Made by a program: the position numbers and the translations under genes. Shown here piece after piece: positions 10,915 to 21,556 of a DNA stretch of 64,000 nt (positions within the stretch are counted from its first letter, which is position 1; each line of letters starts with the position of its first letter). The notes under the pieces are model-generated. The model saw only the letters and a program-made list of their open reading frames with translations, was not told the DNA's origin and made no database searches. Source of the DNA: Ostrea edulis (lineage: Eukaryota); contig NC_079171.1 of the NCBI RefSeq assembly GCF_947568905.1, forward strand, positions 25,172,001-25,236,000, written 5' to 3'.

Positions 10915-11685
10915 TCACAAAATACTAAGAGGTGACTTGGATCTGGGGCGTTTTCTTGTCTTTTTCTTTGATTCTCTACGTGTTTTCGGTCGTGGTTGTG
11001 GTGCTGGTGATGATAATGCTGAAAATGTTATTAAATCGTCTTCTTCGTCCAACTCTACATCGCTCGTCTTCGACTGTATGTCTGCATCAAAAGACGTTGT
11101 TGTGATAGTTTCCACAACAGAGTTTTCGAGTTCCATATCATCGTCACACTGGTCGTCTCGACAGAGGTGTGGCGTCGTGCTCGGATTATCAACATCCTCT
11201 AATTGAATAGGACAATTGTCAAATCTCATTTTTTTCCGTATATTATCTAACGAACTCGTTGCTGAGCGTTTCTTTAATCTGGCGTCTCGTCGTCTAATGA
11301 TAGTCATAAACACATCGTGATCTTTCTCGGCATCGTACACTACGCTATGTAACTCGGGTACATCCTTAACGACGCTAGCTATTTTCACTTGAGTTACGGG
11401 TTCGACGTCAATATCTACATCATCATCATCACCATAATCTTCTTGGTATCCTAACATACAATGTATACTCGTCAGACCACTATTGTTAATTGCAGTATAG
11501 CCTCGCTTCTGTGGCGATCGTGTTTCATTTACATTGCTATCGTAATCACTATCGTTATCAGGATCGGCATAATCGTCTACTTCACGCTCGTCGTCGGCAT
11601 CATCGAAGCATTCGGTATTATCGTTTTCATGGTCGTCACCATATACAAATTCTTCGTCTGGATCCATGATGGTTTTTTTGTACAC
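10915..11685 (-). CDS. 256-aa acidic protein with basic NLS-like C-terminus
   Basis: ORF with promoter palindrome at about 11758. Confidence 0.8.
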   Translation of the reverse strand: MYKKTIMDPDEEFVYGDDHENDNTECFDDADDEREVDDYADPDNDSDYDSNVNETRSPQKRGYTAINNSGLTSIHCMLGYQEDYGDDDDVDIDVEPVTQVKIASVVKDVPELHSVVYDAEKDHDVFMTIIRRRDARLKKRSATSSLDNIRKKMRFDNCPIQLEDVDNPSTTPHLCRDDQCDDDMELENSVVETITTTSFDADIQSKTSDVELDEEDDLITFSALSSPAPQPRPKTRRESKKKTRKRPRSKSPLSIL

Positions 11686-12015
11686 ACTGTTGATTTGGGT
11701 TGTATATATGTTTTACTAATGTTGGACAACTTATAAATACAATGTGATATATTAAAGGTCGAACACGTTGGATATAAATATCGTTTCTAATAGTAAGTTT
11801 TTAAATCATCACATCCTCTGTGTTTGTAAGTTTGTAAAAATAACTGAAATTCTGTTTTAAATTTGTCGATACATATATTTAGCAAAACATCAAGCATACA
11901 CACGAATATATATAACAGTACAATACGATCATAAAATAAACTAATGTTGAATTATACACACGTTATCATAACATAAAGTTTTTCACAAATGATTCAGTTT
12001 GGCGAAGAGTCATAT

Positions 12016-13935
12016 TCAAGATTCATCGGCATCTTTGGACACTTTTGTAGATTTGGTGGAAATGGTTTCGGTAGTCTTGCGTTTACAACCACAAGTTGAC
12101 ACCCGTGGTCCTATAGGTCGGCGAACCAATGATTCACGATCGACATACCGCATATGCATATCATCGATGTGTAGGGGTTCGGAGAACTGATGGGTACGAG
12201 TTTCGGAAGTCTGAGACTCTGTATCATCTCGCTTGTTTTTCGCACCACTAAACCACCCGTTGGGGTCGTGATACGAATCGCGTTTATCATCTGAATCGTC
12301 CGAATCGGAATCTGAATCGGGGTATTCAGAATCCGAATGTTCTCGTTCTGAATCACGATCGCAGTTTTGATCGGCACGTCGATCATTTTGGTCGCCTGGT
12401 TGATATTCCATCTCCTCCTCACACTTGTTCATGCAATACATGTGACATGGTACTCTAAGTTCAACAATTTCGTGACCTTGATAGTACAGATCCTTAATCG
12501 GTGCTATTGGATGCAACTCAAAGTCGCGCAAGACCAACAGCATAGGTCTGTTCATTCGCTCCCGCATGCGAGCACGACCATCGTTTTTGATCATGTATCC
12601 GTTAGATAATACTGTCAGAATCCTGTCGAGCTTATGTCCGCGGCGTACCTGATTTAACGTGTCCCCAGACGACGTTTGTGCTACCACAATCACAATATCT
12701 GCGTTCCAAGCCGAGTCGAACGCGTATTCTACATTATCTATCCCAACAGATACTGTTAATAATTTATGAAATTCCGACCATTTCTTAACACTGTCGGTGA
12801 TGAAATGGTAATATTGGGTAGGCGTCGATATTATCAAGGGTTGTCCTTCGCCTGATAATGACAACGCGTTAAGGATCGTGTTGCTCACATGAGAACAGTT
12901 CTCTTGCTTGGAACCCGGCGATCTGATGGCTCGTATTCTGTTGGTATTCAGGTGATCATCTGAACCGGCTGTCATTACGTGTACTATTTCGGGGTCGATC
13001 GTGTATACGTCTGGATACGTGGGTTGCGTTACGCGATGCGCATGTACGGTAGTCGACACATTCATATCCACTTCAAATCGAGCCCCGGGTCTCGCCAGAC
13101 TCCTAAAATTCAAATCTTTAGCATCGATCCATGTCATGTCGGTTGGACCTACAGAAACAACCTCCGTGGATAGCACGATAATTTTGGGTTTCCCAACCTC
13201 CTTTAACCGGATGATGTCTGTTCCATTGATATAGGCATATCCCGAGTCAAGGCACACCATGGTTTTCCTGAGCACTTCTCGTTTCGATGAATTCGTGTCA
13301 CCAGAGTCAGCTTCCATTGGTGGGACGAGCAGGACTATGATGTCGTGTCCTTTGGCTTCTAACCATTTTTTACCAGCGTGAATGAAGGGTTTCTCGAGTC
13401 CCATAACATAGACCGTTTGGTTATCCGATCTGGTACTCGGTGCGATATCCGCATCAGCAACATTCGATTGTGGCAAAATTCTTTCGTGCTTGATCAACTG
13501 TACCAGTCTATGCCACTCAGATTCTGGGGCGACAATTCCAGTCTTCATCCTCGTGGAAGCTTTGGCGACCGTGTCTATGATGGCATCGATCGCAGCTCGA
13601 TTGTTCAGCATAGCATTCGCCCCGTTTAAAATCCTGTGCGCCATGTCCAATTCGAGCATTTCGAGCCTTAGATCACGATGCATATCATTAATGTAGAGTG
13701 TATCTGGAGGTTGGCTGTTAATGTAATGCTCGTGCATGCCCATACTTCGGATGAATTCTGGAATTAGCGATCCTGATCCGCGTGCCAATTCTTTGCGAAC
13801 CCTGGTCACCTCTTCCATAACGGTAACCCATCCACTACTTCTTCTCATTTTGCCGCATTGGTTGCTACACCCAAACATAGTGATTTTGTTGTGAATGTAT
13901 CGTATTTTATGAAATGAGACAAGATTATTCAGCAA
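12016..13935 (-). CDS. 639-aa protein with two degenerate CRESS-Rep SF3-helicase-like domains (likely start 13878)
   Basis: SDNQTVYVMG..VCLD..KPKIIVLS, and DNVEYAF..DIVIVV..VLSNGYMIK..RPMLLVL..HEIVEL, follow the motif order of Rep helicase domains. No Walker A GKS. Confidence 0.75.
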   Translation of the reverse strand: MLNNLVSFHKIRYIHNKITMFGCSNQCGKMRRSSGWVTVMEEVTRVRKELARGSGSLIPEFIRSMGMHEHYINSQPPDTLYINDMHRDLRLEMLELDMAHRILNGANAMLNNRAAIDAIIDTVAKASTRMKTGIVAPESEWHRLVQLIKHERILPQSNVADADIAPSTRSDNQTVYVMGLEKPFIHAGKKWLEAKGHDIIVLLVPPMEADSGDTNSSKREVLRKTMVCLDSGYAYINGTDIIRLKEVGKPKIIVLSTEVVSVGPTDMTWIDAKDLNFRSLARPGARFEVDMNVSTTVHAHRVTQPTYPDVYTIDPEIVHVMTAGSDDHLNTNRIRAIRSPGSKQENCSHVSNTILNALSLSGEGQPLIISTPTQYYHFITDSVKKWSEFHKLLTVSVGIDNVEYAFDSAWNADIVIVVAQTSSGDTLNQVRRGHKLDRILTVLSNGYMIKNDGRARMRERMNRPMLLVLRDFELHPIAPIKDLYYQGHEIVELRVPCHMYCMNKCEEEMEYQPGDQNDRRADQNCDRDSEREHSDSEYPDSDSDSDDSDDKRDSYHDPNGWFSGAKNKRDDTESQTSETRTHQFSEPLHIDDMHMRYVDRESLVRRPIGPRVSTCGCKRKTTETISTKSTKVSKDADES

Positions 13936-14061
13936 TCAGTGAAATGATCGTTCTCCAGTAAACCTGAGCTTGTTTATATATCCCAAATTTGGTTTATTAA
14001 CATGAACGTGTTAAATGCTTTAAATCGATCGGAGTTCAGCGAAAGGAGGGCAGCCCTTTGA

Positions 14062-14135
14062 CGGTGTATATATATATATATTATTAGAGCGGCACGGAGG
14101 GCAACTCCGCAGCTAAAGAATCGAACGTGTTCGAC
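14062..14135 (+). repeat. Single origin-like repeat unit between divergent Rep-derived genes
   Basis: CGGTG(TA)nTTATTAGAGCGGCACGGAGGGCAACTCCGCAGCTAAAGAATCGAACGTGTTCGA. Confidence 0.85.
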
Positions 14136-14242
14136 AGTCCTTTGGGTATATATACCAAAAATGAAAATCAAAATCAAAAACTCCAGTCTTAGAACATCGA
14201 TTGCTATTTATGTGTATACATATCTGCTTTTATTAAGAAACC

Positions 14243-14956
14243 ATGTCAGATTTGTCACAAGCAATGCTCGACGCCGACGCCATGGCTGAGTACGAAAATA
14301 ATATGATCATCAAGGCGGCCACTGATCTGAATTCTGGACGTTTGACATCTCAGATGTACGATATGTATGGAGATTGGTATGGGAGGAATATGTCGCGCAT
14401 AATGCTTAAAGCGAGCTATCTGAGGGATCCAGCGACGTACGTCGCAAGGGAGTTGAGACTTAAACGACCCATGTTACCCGATCTGAGAAATGCAGCCGTT
14501 CAGCGAAGGGGAACTCGTTTGGCAAACAGAGAGAAGGCGGTGAAGTCTGCACATGAAAGTAAACCGGAGGTTCACGACACGACCCAATCGATGTTACAAT
14601 GGCAGATTCGTGTGGCCGATTTAGCTGCGTTTACTAACTCTGACAATAGAGTCCTGTTTGTGGTGGGCAAGACTAAAGGACAAGGAAAATCTTGGATGGC
14701 GCAGTATTTGCACAAAACACTGAATTCAAACATGTTTCGTACGTGTTGTTCTGACTATTTGGCGCTATCTGGTAACATCACCAAGTATTCCGTGTTTGAC
14801 GTGGATTGTGACGAGTGCGATTTCGTCTACAGCACCTTCTACAGACACCTGGATGATACCGACGTGAAGGCTATAGTGTTTTGTAACTTCTTCCCGACGA
14901 AAATGCCGCATAGTGATGTGTTTTACATCGATCAGTACGATAAGTACCATGTGTGA
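14243..14956 (+). CDS. 237-aa CRESS-Rep-like oligomerisation plus SF3 P-loop protein lacking the endonuclease domain
   Basis: LQWQ...DNRVLFVVGKTKGQGKSWMAQYL (Walker A at 14666-14692), VFDV (Walker B), IVFCNFFP (motif C). Resembles the nanovirus-type Rep C-terminus. Confidence 0.8.
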   Translation: MSDLSQAMLDADAMAEYENNMIIKAATDLNSGRLTSQMYDMYGDWYGRNMSRIMLKASYLRDPATYVARELRLKRPMLPDLRNAAVQRRGTRLANREKAVKSAHESKPEVHDTTQSMLQWQIRVADLAAFTNSDNRVLFVVGKTKGQGKSWMAQYLHKTLNSNMFRTCCSDYLALSGNITKYSVFDVDCDECDFVYSTFYRHLDDTDVKAIVFCNFFPTKMPHSDVFYIDQYDKYHV

Positions 14957-15133
14957 GACATTTGTTATCTGTTATATGTATTGTCAATGTTTATGAACTT
15001 ATATTTCAATGTACGCATGTGTTTCAATAAAAATTGCTTGAATTCAATACGACTGTTCTGTGGTTAAAGTTTGGGTATAAAAATGATTCCGTTTTGATGA
15101 TCATGGAGGCTAATATGGAGGGCAGCCCTTTGA

Positions 15134-15320
15134 CAGTGTATATATATATATATTATTAGAGCGGCACGGAGGGCAACTCCGCAGCTAAATGATCGAACGT
15201 GTTCGAGACCTGGGGGAAACCCACTATCAAAAAATCGAAGCTGTTCGAGGTTTTAAGAGAACAATAGCTATGGAGGATGCCCTCCGTGCCTCTCCAATAA
15301 TATATATATATTATATACCG
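15134..15320. repeat. Palindromic pair of origin-like repeat units (P5)
   Basis: Inverted arms with the same spacer orientation as P1. Confidence 0.85.
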
Positions 15321-15577
15321 GCAATGTGGCCCTCCGTAGTTAATTGGATGGTGATAAAAATGTGTACCGTCGTATCAAATAACCGCTCATGAGAGAGAAA
15401 AAACTAGCTATATCTTTGTAACAATCGCTTTTATTTATATGTGTTCATTTTTATATATACGCATACATATATAGCAACGATGTATAATTACAATCAATCG
15501 TATCACACAGTGTTCTTAAAATTTCATAGCTTAATAACAGTCTTATACTATATGTTTCTGTAACAAATCTAGTTTCA

Positions 15578-16159
15578 TCACAGTCCAACTTTCATTCTAT
15601 ATATAGTCGACAGTTCCTCCCTAAGCATTCTAGATCTAGACAAACGGAGAGGTTTGGCCTCCGATAGTACGGACCGCTTTCTCTTCACTATCTTAGCCAA
15701 TTGTTCAATCAACCTATCCTGTTCGATGTTTGCAGACACGACTTCTAATAAGATGTCAATGACGTCGTCCGTGCGCAACTTGTGTATTTCTTCTGGCCTA
15801 CAACCATACATCTGTGCGATTGCTTGATGAATGGTATCCTTGTCGACGGTTTCAGTTATCATTTCTACAGTATGATCTCCCGACCCAAATCCACTTCCTT
15901 CATTCCCATTTTCTGTAGCAGGTTTAGCCTTGTGTCGAGAATCATCGTGATCTATGCTTATATGATGAACGTCCTTATGAGAATCCTTATGGTGATGGAT
16001 GTTAGGCTTGTGGATAAATTCACCCCCGGAACCTTCTTCAATCTCGACACGATGATCTTTATCTGCCACTAAAAAATCACCATCTATAGGTTGGCGAACG
16101 GCAGCAGATAATGCTCCACTCACACATAGTGCTACGATAACTACACCAAACTTAACCAT
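15578..16159 (-). CDS. 193-aa secreted protein (signal peptide, acidic Ser-Gly motifs, KRKRS)
   Basis: MVKFGVVIVALCVSGALSA; EEGSGG; EGSGFGSGD. Confidence 0.8.
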   Translation of the reverse strand: MVKFGVVIVALCVSGALSAAVRQPIDGDFLVADKDHRVEIEEGSGGEFIHKPNIHHHKDSHKDVHHISIDHDDSRHKAKPATENGNEGSGFGSGDHTVEMITETVDKDTIHQAIAQMYGCRPEEIHKLRTDDVIDILLEVVSANIEQDRLIEQLAKIVKRKRSVLSEAKPLRLSRSRMLREELSTIYRMKVGL

Positions 16160-16244
16160 GTTTTCTTGTGAATGTACTTTTCGACAGAATAATGACTAGT
16201 CATGTTTTACGACAACATCATCTCATCCATTTAAATAAAAGAAA

Positions 16245-17084
16245 TTACACAGATTGACTACATAGCATGTCGTAATCTGTTAGAAGTGCAACTATGTCGT
16301 TTATACATTTGAGAATAAATGTTACGTCGTCTATAGACATATCCTTGTACTGTTCCTGCACGAGTATGCCAGCTACCGCCATGGCTTCCTTAAACCCGGT
16401 CATGGGCATGTTTATAAACCTATCGTTATTTAACACATCTAACTTAGTCAAGAGTGGTTCTACTGCCTTAACGCCCACCAAGTTGGTAAAGTGTTCGCCG
16501 TTTGCGTTACAGTTCGGTCCAGCACCATCTAACAACGCTCCCAAGTTATGTATAAAGGCTCCAATATGTGCGTTTTTTTTATACGACAACTTAGTACTCG
16601 ATGCCAATCGCTTGTCTCTAGCTTCTTGTATAGCAGCGATAAACCCGTTCTTTCTCATGCGAACGTTGTCGTTGAGATTATGAGGACCGTATGCTACCAA
16701 ATCCCTAATGATATAGCGCTTATCTTTAGACTTCCCACGCCTTTGCAACTTTCCGGTCTCTTCATATTCCATCCCATTACGTTTCATTCTCTTGACAACT
16801 GCTATAGGATCCAAAGTCGGAACTATCCAAGTTATAGTCGGACATAGTCTAGTCAAGCTTTTCCAACGGCGTTTTAGTTCTAATTGCACGTACCCGGTTA
16901 GAACAGGAACGTCATTGTCACCGAGAGTCTTAACGACTAACCTATAATACGAGTCTAGAGATGATAATTTCTCGTAGTCGCTATAATCCCAATCTACGAT
17001 TCGAAAAATCCAATTACACTTGGGGCAATCCATTTTGTAAAAAAAAATATCTGTGACACCCTCTTGCAGATGAATTGAATACAA
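16245..17084 (-). CDS. Protein with inactivated CRESS-Rep HUH-endonuclease-like N-terminal domain (likely start 17033)
   Basis: NWIFRIVD (motif I), PVLTGYVQL (motif II, PHLQG equivalent with His lost), KRRWKSLTRLCP..W, VKRMKRNG..EETG (motif III position, Tyr lost). Confidence 0.75.
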   Translation of the reverse strand: MYSIHLQEGVTDIFFYKMDCPKCNWIFRIVDWDYSDYEKLSSLDSYYRLVVKTLGDNDVPVLTGYVQLELKRRWKSLTRLCPTITWIVPTLDPIAVVKRMKRNGMEYEETGKLQRRGKSKDKRYIIRDLVAYGPHNLNDNVRMRKNGFIAAIQEARDKRLASSTKLSYKKNAHIGAFIHNLGALLDGAGPNCNANGEHFTNLVGVKAVEPLLTKLDVLNNDRFINMPMTGFKEAMAVAGILVQEQYKDMSIDDVTFILKCINDIVALLTDYDMLCSQSV

Positions 17085-17240
17085 TCGTGTTCTGTTTATA
17101 CATAGATTTATTTTAATATATTTTATGTAACTTATACATATAGATATATATCGATGTAGTACAAATTATACAGGTATAAAACATATAACTAACAATCATG
17201 ATCGCATACACACATATACATAATGTTCTACACATATAGC

Positions 17241-18317
17241 TTAAAGTTCTTCCACAAATTCCTCGTCACAACTGTCACCATCCTCCTCGCATATCGACTC
17301 TTCAATACTCTCGATGGTGTTGAAGGTATTTATGATATTATACATCGCAAGTTCAGATCGCGAGAGCGGTTGCTTGCGGAGTTTCAGTATGTCCATGTTT
17401 ATCTTAACTACGTTGCCCAAGAACCAAACGATTCTCCAAACGCCATGTCGGGCAGCAGCGGTCGACATAAAATCCATATGAACAGAGGTGATTTCACCAC
17501 ACACAAGTTCCAACATAGGCTTCAATGCGATAATCGCATTAGTCCTGATCTCTGCAGCCTCGGGTGAATTGTCAGGTTTATTGTACGCTACGTCGTCCAT
17601 GTACCGAGCGAAATCCATGAGGCGAGTCAGCAATTCGATCCAGAAATCTTCCTTGGTTGGATCACCATTCCTCTCATCACATCTCTGCTTATGCCATTTC
17701 AAGATACGCGAACTGGCAACCGTAGAATTCTCAACGTTCTCGATCTCCAACTGTGATAATATATCTTCCATGGAATCAGCTGTGATGAAATCTTCAAACG
17801 ATATGATTCTATTGATGTGCGATTTCACATCTGGTAGTATATCGATACTACTCCTGAACATGTCGGCAGGCTTAAACTTCTTGGACTCGTGTGCTGGAAC
17901 TTGGAAATTTAACGACTTTGTAGACTCGCTAAATACAGCCCCGTCATCATACTTTCTTTTACGGCCGGTCTCAACATTTGCCACAACTGATTCGTCGCTC
18001 TGAGAATGTTTCTTTGTAGAACAGATCGTGATTTTAGGAGCCAACCCGGCTCGCGTCTCCTTTGAGTATATATCATTGAGAGCAGCTTCGATTTCCGAAA
18101 CCCTAGCGGCAGCATTTCGAGTTAAAATATTTACACAATCGTTATAGCTCTCTAGCGCTTTCACAATTTTTCGCAACCCCTTATACTTAACATCCAATGA
18201 TACAACCCGTTTACCACGAACCATCTGTTGAAGTGGAGCCGGGTATTCAATGGGTAACCTCAATATATCGTTACAGTACGCTATGAAATCGGTCGTACTA
18301 ATGCTTTGGTTCATCAT
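17241..18317 (-). CDS. 358-aa hypothetical protein
   Basis: Long ORF; RKRK NLS-like; promoter palindrome at about 18416. Confidence 0.8.
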   Translation of the reverse strand: MMNQSISTTDFIAYCNDILRLPIEYPAPLQQMVRGKRVVSLDVKYKGLRKIVKALESYNDCVNILTRNAAARVSEIEAALNDIYSKETRAGLAPKITICSTKKHSQSDESVVANVETGRKRKYDDGAVFSESTKSLNFQVPAHESKKFKPADMFRSSIDILPDVKSHINRIISFEDFITADSMEDILSQLEIENVENSTVASSRILKWHKQRCDERNGDPTKEDFWIELLTRLMDFARYMDDVAYNKPDNSPEAAEIRTNAIIALKPMLELVCGEITSVHMDFMSTAAARHGVWRIVWFLGNVVKINMDILKLRKQPLSRSELAMYNIINTFNTIESIEESICEEDGDSCDEEFVEEL

Positions 18318-18618
18318 GGTTATTATTTAGTTCGTATGTACTAAATACAAGGTGAGCTGGAATAATCCTTGGGTTGTCACGAATGTATTAATATACACCA
18401 CAAAACTCCAATATATCGAACGTGTTGAACACTTCATTAAAGCAAACTATGAGTGTTCTCTGAAGATGTTACGACACTAAATAATCACATAGATATCAAA
18501 TGCTATATGTAACATGGTTTATTATTTAACTACATGATCATATATAATAAACATACATGCGATATAAGTATTATATATACACACAAACAATAATGTTGCC
18601 ATTGATTGATATAAAGTT

Positions 18619-19086
18619 TCACAAAGAGTCTGTATCATCTTCGTTCCCCACAACGGCGTTGTATCTCTCATAGTCATCTTCGGTCATTTCCTCATGGTTG
18701 ATATCACGCCAGAATCTTTTATACTGCTCGTAGTCATACAAGTTCACCTCCGGATTGCGAGACACGAGTTCCTTAATGAAATCGTCAGGCGATTCACTAG
18801 ATTCATCAGACTCCACATCGGCACCATTAGATTTAATATCATTTATGATATCCCCCAGTAACTTTTTGCATGTGGCTGTTATAGCAAAAATGTGGTCTGC
18901 ACTAACACCATCATCGCATTCATCATCAATATCGCTATCGTCACAACAATCATCCGTATCAACTTCTGGGTCAGACTTGTAATCTGTACCGAGACTCATG
19001 ACATTCTGGACTTCTAGGAGACCTTCTTGATTCTCTGGTATATCCATAATAACGTCTTCTGAAACTTCAATATCCTGACCATCCAT
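18619..19086 (-). CDS. 155-aa acidic hypothetical protein
   Basis: ORF with D/E bias like its neighbours. Confidence 0.75.
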   Translation of the reverse strand: MDGQDIEVSEDVIMDIPENQEGLLEVQNVMSLGTDYKSDPEVDTDDCCDDSDIDDECDDGVSADHIFAITATCKKLLGDIINDIKSNGADVESDESSESPDDFIKELVSRNPEVNLYDYEQYKRFWRDINHEEMTEDDYERYNAVVGNEDDTDSL

Positions 19087-19186
19087 GTTATCAATCTCCT
19101 TTTATATATGGTGATACGACCAAGTTCGTATAATTAAGATGCTGAGTTGTGCTAGGTATTAATTAACACGTATATATATATACAAT

Positions 19187-19972
19187 TTATAATTTGTAGT
19201 CTGTAACACGTTTAATATTTTCAGTATCGAATTCGTGACGTTCCTTATCTAACTCATCCCGAACATTTCTGTAGTCCAATTTGTGCACGTGATAAACTGC
19301 TAGTGGTGAAGGAAGTATTTGGAGGAGGTGGTACACAGAACATTTGTCCTCATCGTGTGTCGCGATAAAACTTTCTTTTTCATCTGTCGGGTAAGAATCT
19401 TTCATGAAATCGTCCATCGCAAAATTGAGGTACCGATCTTTCGACAAACGTTGTACACGGGTCGATTTGACATGAGGTGCAAACAACAGATCTGTCACTC
19501 GGAGCACAATTGAAGTATCGATCTTGGCTCCACGCAGTATAGAGTTATAGCTATCGAGATCGAAAGCCGGAACATCGTGTAGTTGAGGCTCATAGTTGTT
19601 GAAATGAGCATTGACGTTTTGGACACCAGCGATAGCTGTATAATGAATTAATGCGGGATTATTATTCTGCAATCGCTTAACCGTCATCATATATCCCCAG
19701 TCTATGCGGGTATATATAATCACATACATGGTTCCAGTTTGATATAGTTGTGCGCTATCGTTGTTAGCAGCACGACTCCGTACAGCAAATTTCTTCAGCT
19801 CCGGTAACCTAACTATGCGATGTTTGTCCAATTCTGTATCATCGAAATTCTCGCGATTGGCGGGACAATGGAAATAATCGTCCATACACACGCCATAGTC
19901 ATCATCATACGACTCTATTTTTTCAATCACATCCTTGGTGACATAGTAGTCGTGAGACATATTGGATCCCAT
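19187..19972 (-). CDS. 261-aa hypothetical protein (possibly a very degenerate Rep-helicase fold)
   Basis: ORF with palindrome at about 20060. VPAFDL weakly resembles Walker B. Confidence 0.75.
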   Translation of the reverse strand: MGSNMSHDYYVTKDVIEKIESYDDDYGVCMDDYFHCPANRENFDDTELDKHRIVRLPELKKFAVRSRAANNDSAQLYQTGTMYVIIYTRIDWGYMMTVKRLQNNNPALIHYTAIAGVQNVNAHFNNYEPQLHDVPAFDLDSYNSILRGAKIDTSIVLRVTDLLFAPHVKSTRVQRLSKDRYLNFAMDDFMKDSYPTDEKESFIATHDEDKCSVYHLLQILPSPLAVYHVHKLDYRNVRDELDKERHEFDTENIKRVTDYKL

Positions 19973-20291
19973 TTTGTTAGCGTATAGTCGAACAATACAA
20001 TCGTTTGAGTGCAGATTGTAAGAGTCATTAAATGAAGCGAGTTCTTTATAATCAAAATGTCGAACTCGTTCATTATTTACTGAAGACAGTCGTCATTCTG
20101 TGACTCACCAAATATTAAATGATTCAATACGTATATATGTTTACCAATAGTTTTTATTATACAAGTGATTATATAAAACAATATCAAACCAACAGGTTAA
20201 CATGATTCAGAAGCATTCCATAACATAAGATTAAATGCACATTTAGTTTCACGGTATACACATATTAACAAAAACGAATTTCCATAATAGT

Positions 20292-20801
20292 CTAGATACG
20301 CGACCGTTTCTGTACATCTGAGGAACATCCAGGGTTTGCATCGTCCATAACGTCCAATTTGCGTTTAGATGGCCGACTTGTGAATGTTCTCCCGTCATGG
20401 ACTGGATATACGACATATTCGTGTGGCACCAATGATCCCATCTCGACCGCAACAATATCTTGTTCGGAAACGATGTCGAAATGTCTAAGTAAAAATACAC
20501 ATTTCTTAGCACATTCGTTCAATTTTATCATCTGCTTCAGTACATTTTCGTATAGTTCAATGTTAGCACCGCTACGCCCGGACACAACCCAACCACTGTT
20601 CACCATGGTTGATAATAGATTTGTGACCGACGGTGTGTCGCGAGTATCCGCACCCATCATTTTACGAACTATTTTCAATGTCAAGTTGAGATCGAGTCTG
20701 GCCACCAACATATCATCGATTGTATCTTGAACTATCATATTAGCTCCAGAATAATTAGACAGGATCCTGTAGATTGTAATTAACTTCAATTTAGTATCCA
20801 T
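20292..20801 (-). CDS. 169-aa hypothetical protein
   Basis: ORF; palindrome at about 20882; KRKL NLS-like. Confidence 0.75.
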   Translation of the reverse strand: MDTKLKLITIYRILSNYSGANMIVQDTIDDMLVARLDLNLTLKIVRKMMGADTRDTPSVTNLLSTMVNSGWVVSGRSGANIELYENVLKQMIKLNECAKKCVFLLRHFDIVSEQDIVAVEMGSLVPHEYVVYPVHDGRTFTSRPSKRKLDVMDDANPGCSSDVQKRSRI

Positions 20802-20892
20802 ATTCTCTGATTAGTCTTCTTGCTGGTTTTGATTTTTTATTTTGGAATGACCGGTGTGCTTATATTTATACTACATATAAATCGAACGTGTT

Positions 20893-21345
20893 CTAGTAAT
20901 CAAGACTATCTGCGGACATTTCTACATCATTAGTCGATGGGTAAAATCTAGCAATCCTTCTTTTAGCATTGATCCTACGTTTATCGGGTTTTTTATATCG
21001 TCTCATAGTAGGTATGGGCGATTCTCGACGAGGTTCAACCAAGTCTTCGACCACACGTGTATATCTCCTTTTACAAACTTCTCGTTCACATTCTTGTTGG
21101 TGACATTCTTGGTCATCTTGATTTATGGGTGTGCGATAATAGTAATTATCAGCATCGTCGCCAGACTCGTAATCGGACTCAACTTCATCATCCTTATTAC
21201 GTATTCGTGTTGGTAGAGCAACGCTTGCTTCCAGAGCTTCCACGAGCTCGGCCATATTCATAGATCTAGCCCGTTTTTGGGGTTTGTTTTTTTGGTCGAA
21301 TTTTGGTGCCGACACATTCATGATTGTGCACGTTAATACCAACAA
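20893..21345 (-). CDS. 150-aa hypothetical basic/acidic protein
   Basis: ORF sharing a bidirectional palindrome (about 21452) with the IAP gene. Confidence 0.7.
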   Translation of the reverse strand: MLVLTCTIMNVSAPKFDQKNKPQKRARSMNMAELVEALEASVALPTRIRNKDDEVESDYESGDDADNYYYRTPINQDDQECHQQECEREVCKRRYTRVVEDLVEPRRESPIPTMRRYKKPDKRRINAKRRIARFYPSTNDVEMSADSLDY

Positions 21346-21556
21346 ATGATAGATGTTAAATTTTGTGATAAAATATGGAGGAAATATTTTAGAATTGTCA
21401 GTTGTAGTAATATCTATAAATAATATTGTTTAACGCCAGAATTATATAAAATCGAACACGTTAGATGTTATTTCTCATACAGATAGATTTTTAGTGTCGG
21501 TGTATATATGCGTTCATTATTATTAATGTTCGATATCAATCGAATGCAACCGATGA

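Larger units (their letters stand above)
7271..16894 (+). repeat. 9.6-kb inverted repeat, copy 1
   Basis: Mirror of 44130-53747 (coordinate sums 61018/61024). Differences seen: a 6-bp indel near 8436 and a substitution at 11672/49352. Confidence 0.95.

Noticed and set aside
17241-18317. LVCGE as an Rb-binding LxCxE
   Set aside because: It sits in a probably helical, non-acidic context and is likely a chance match.
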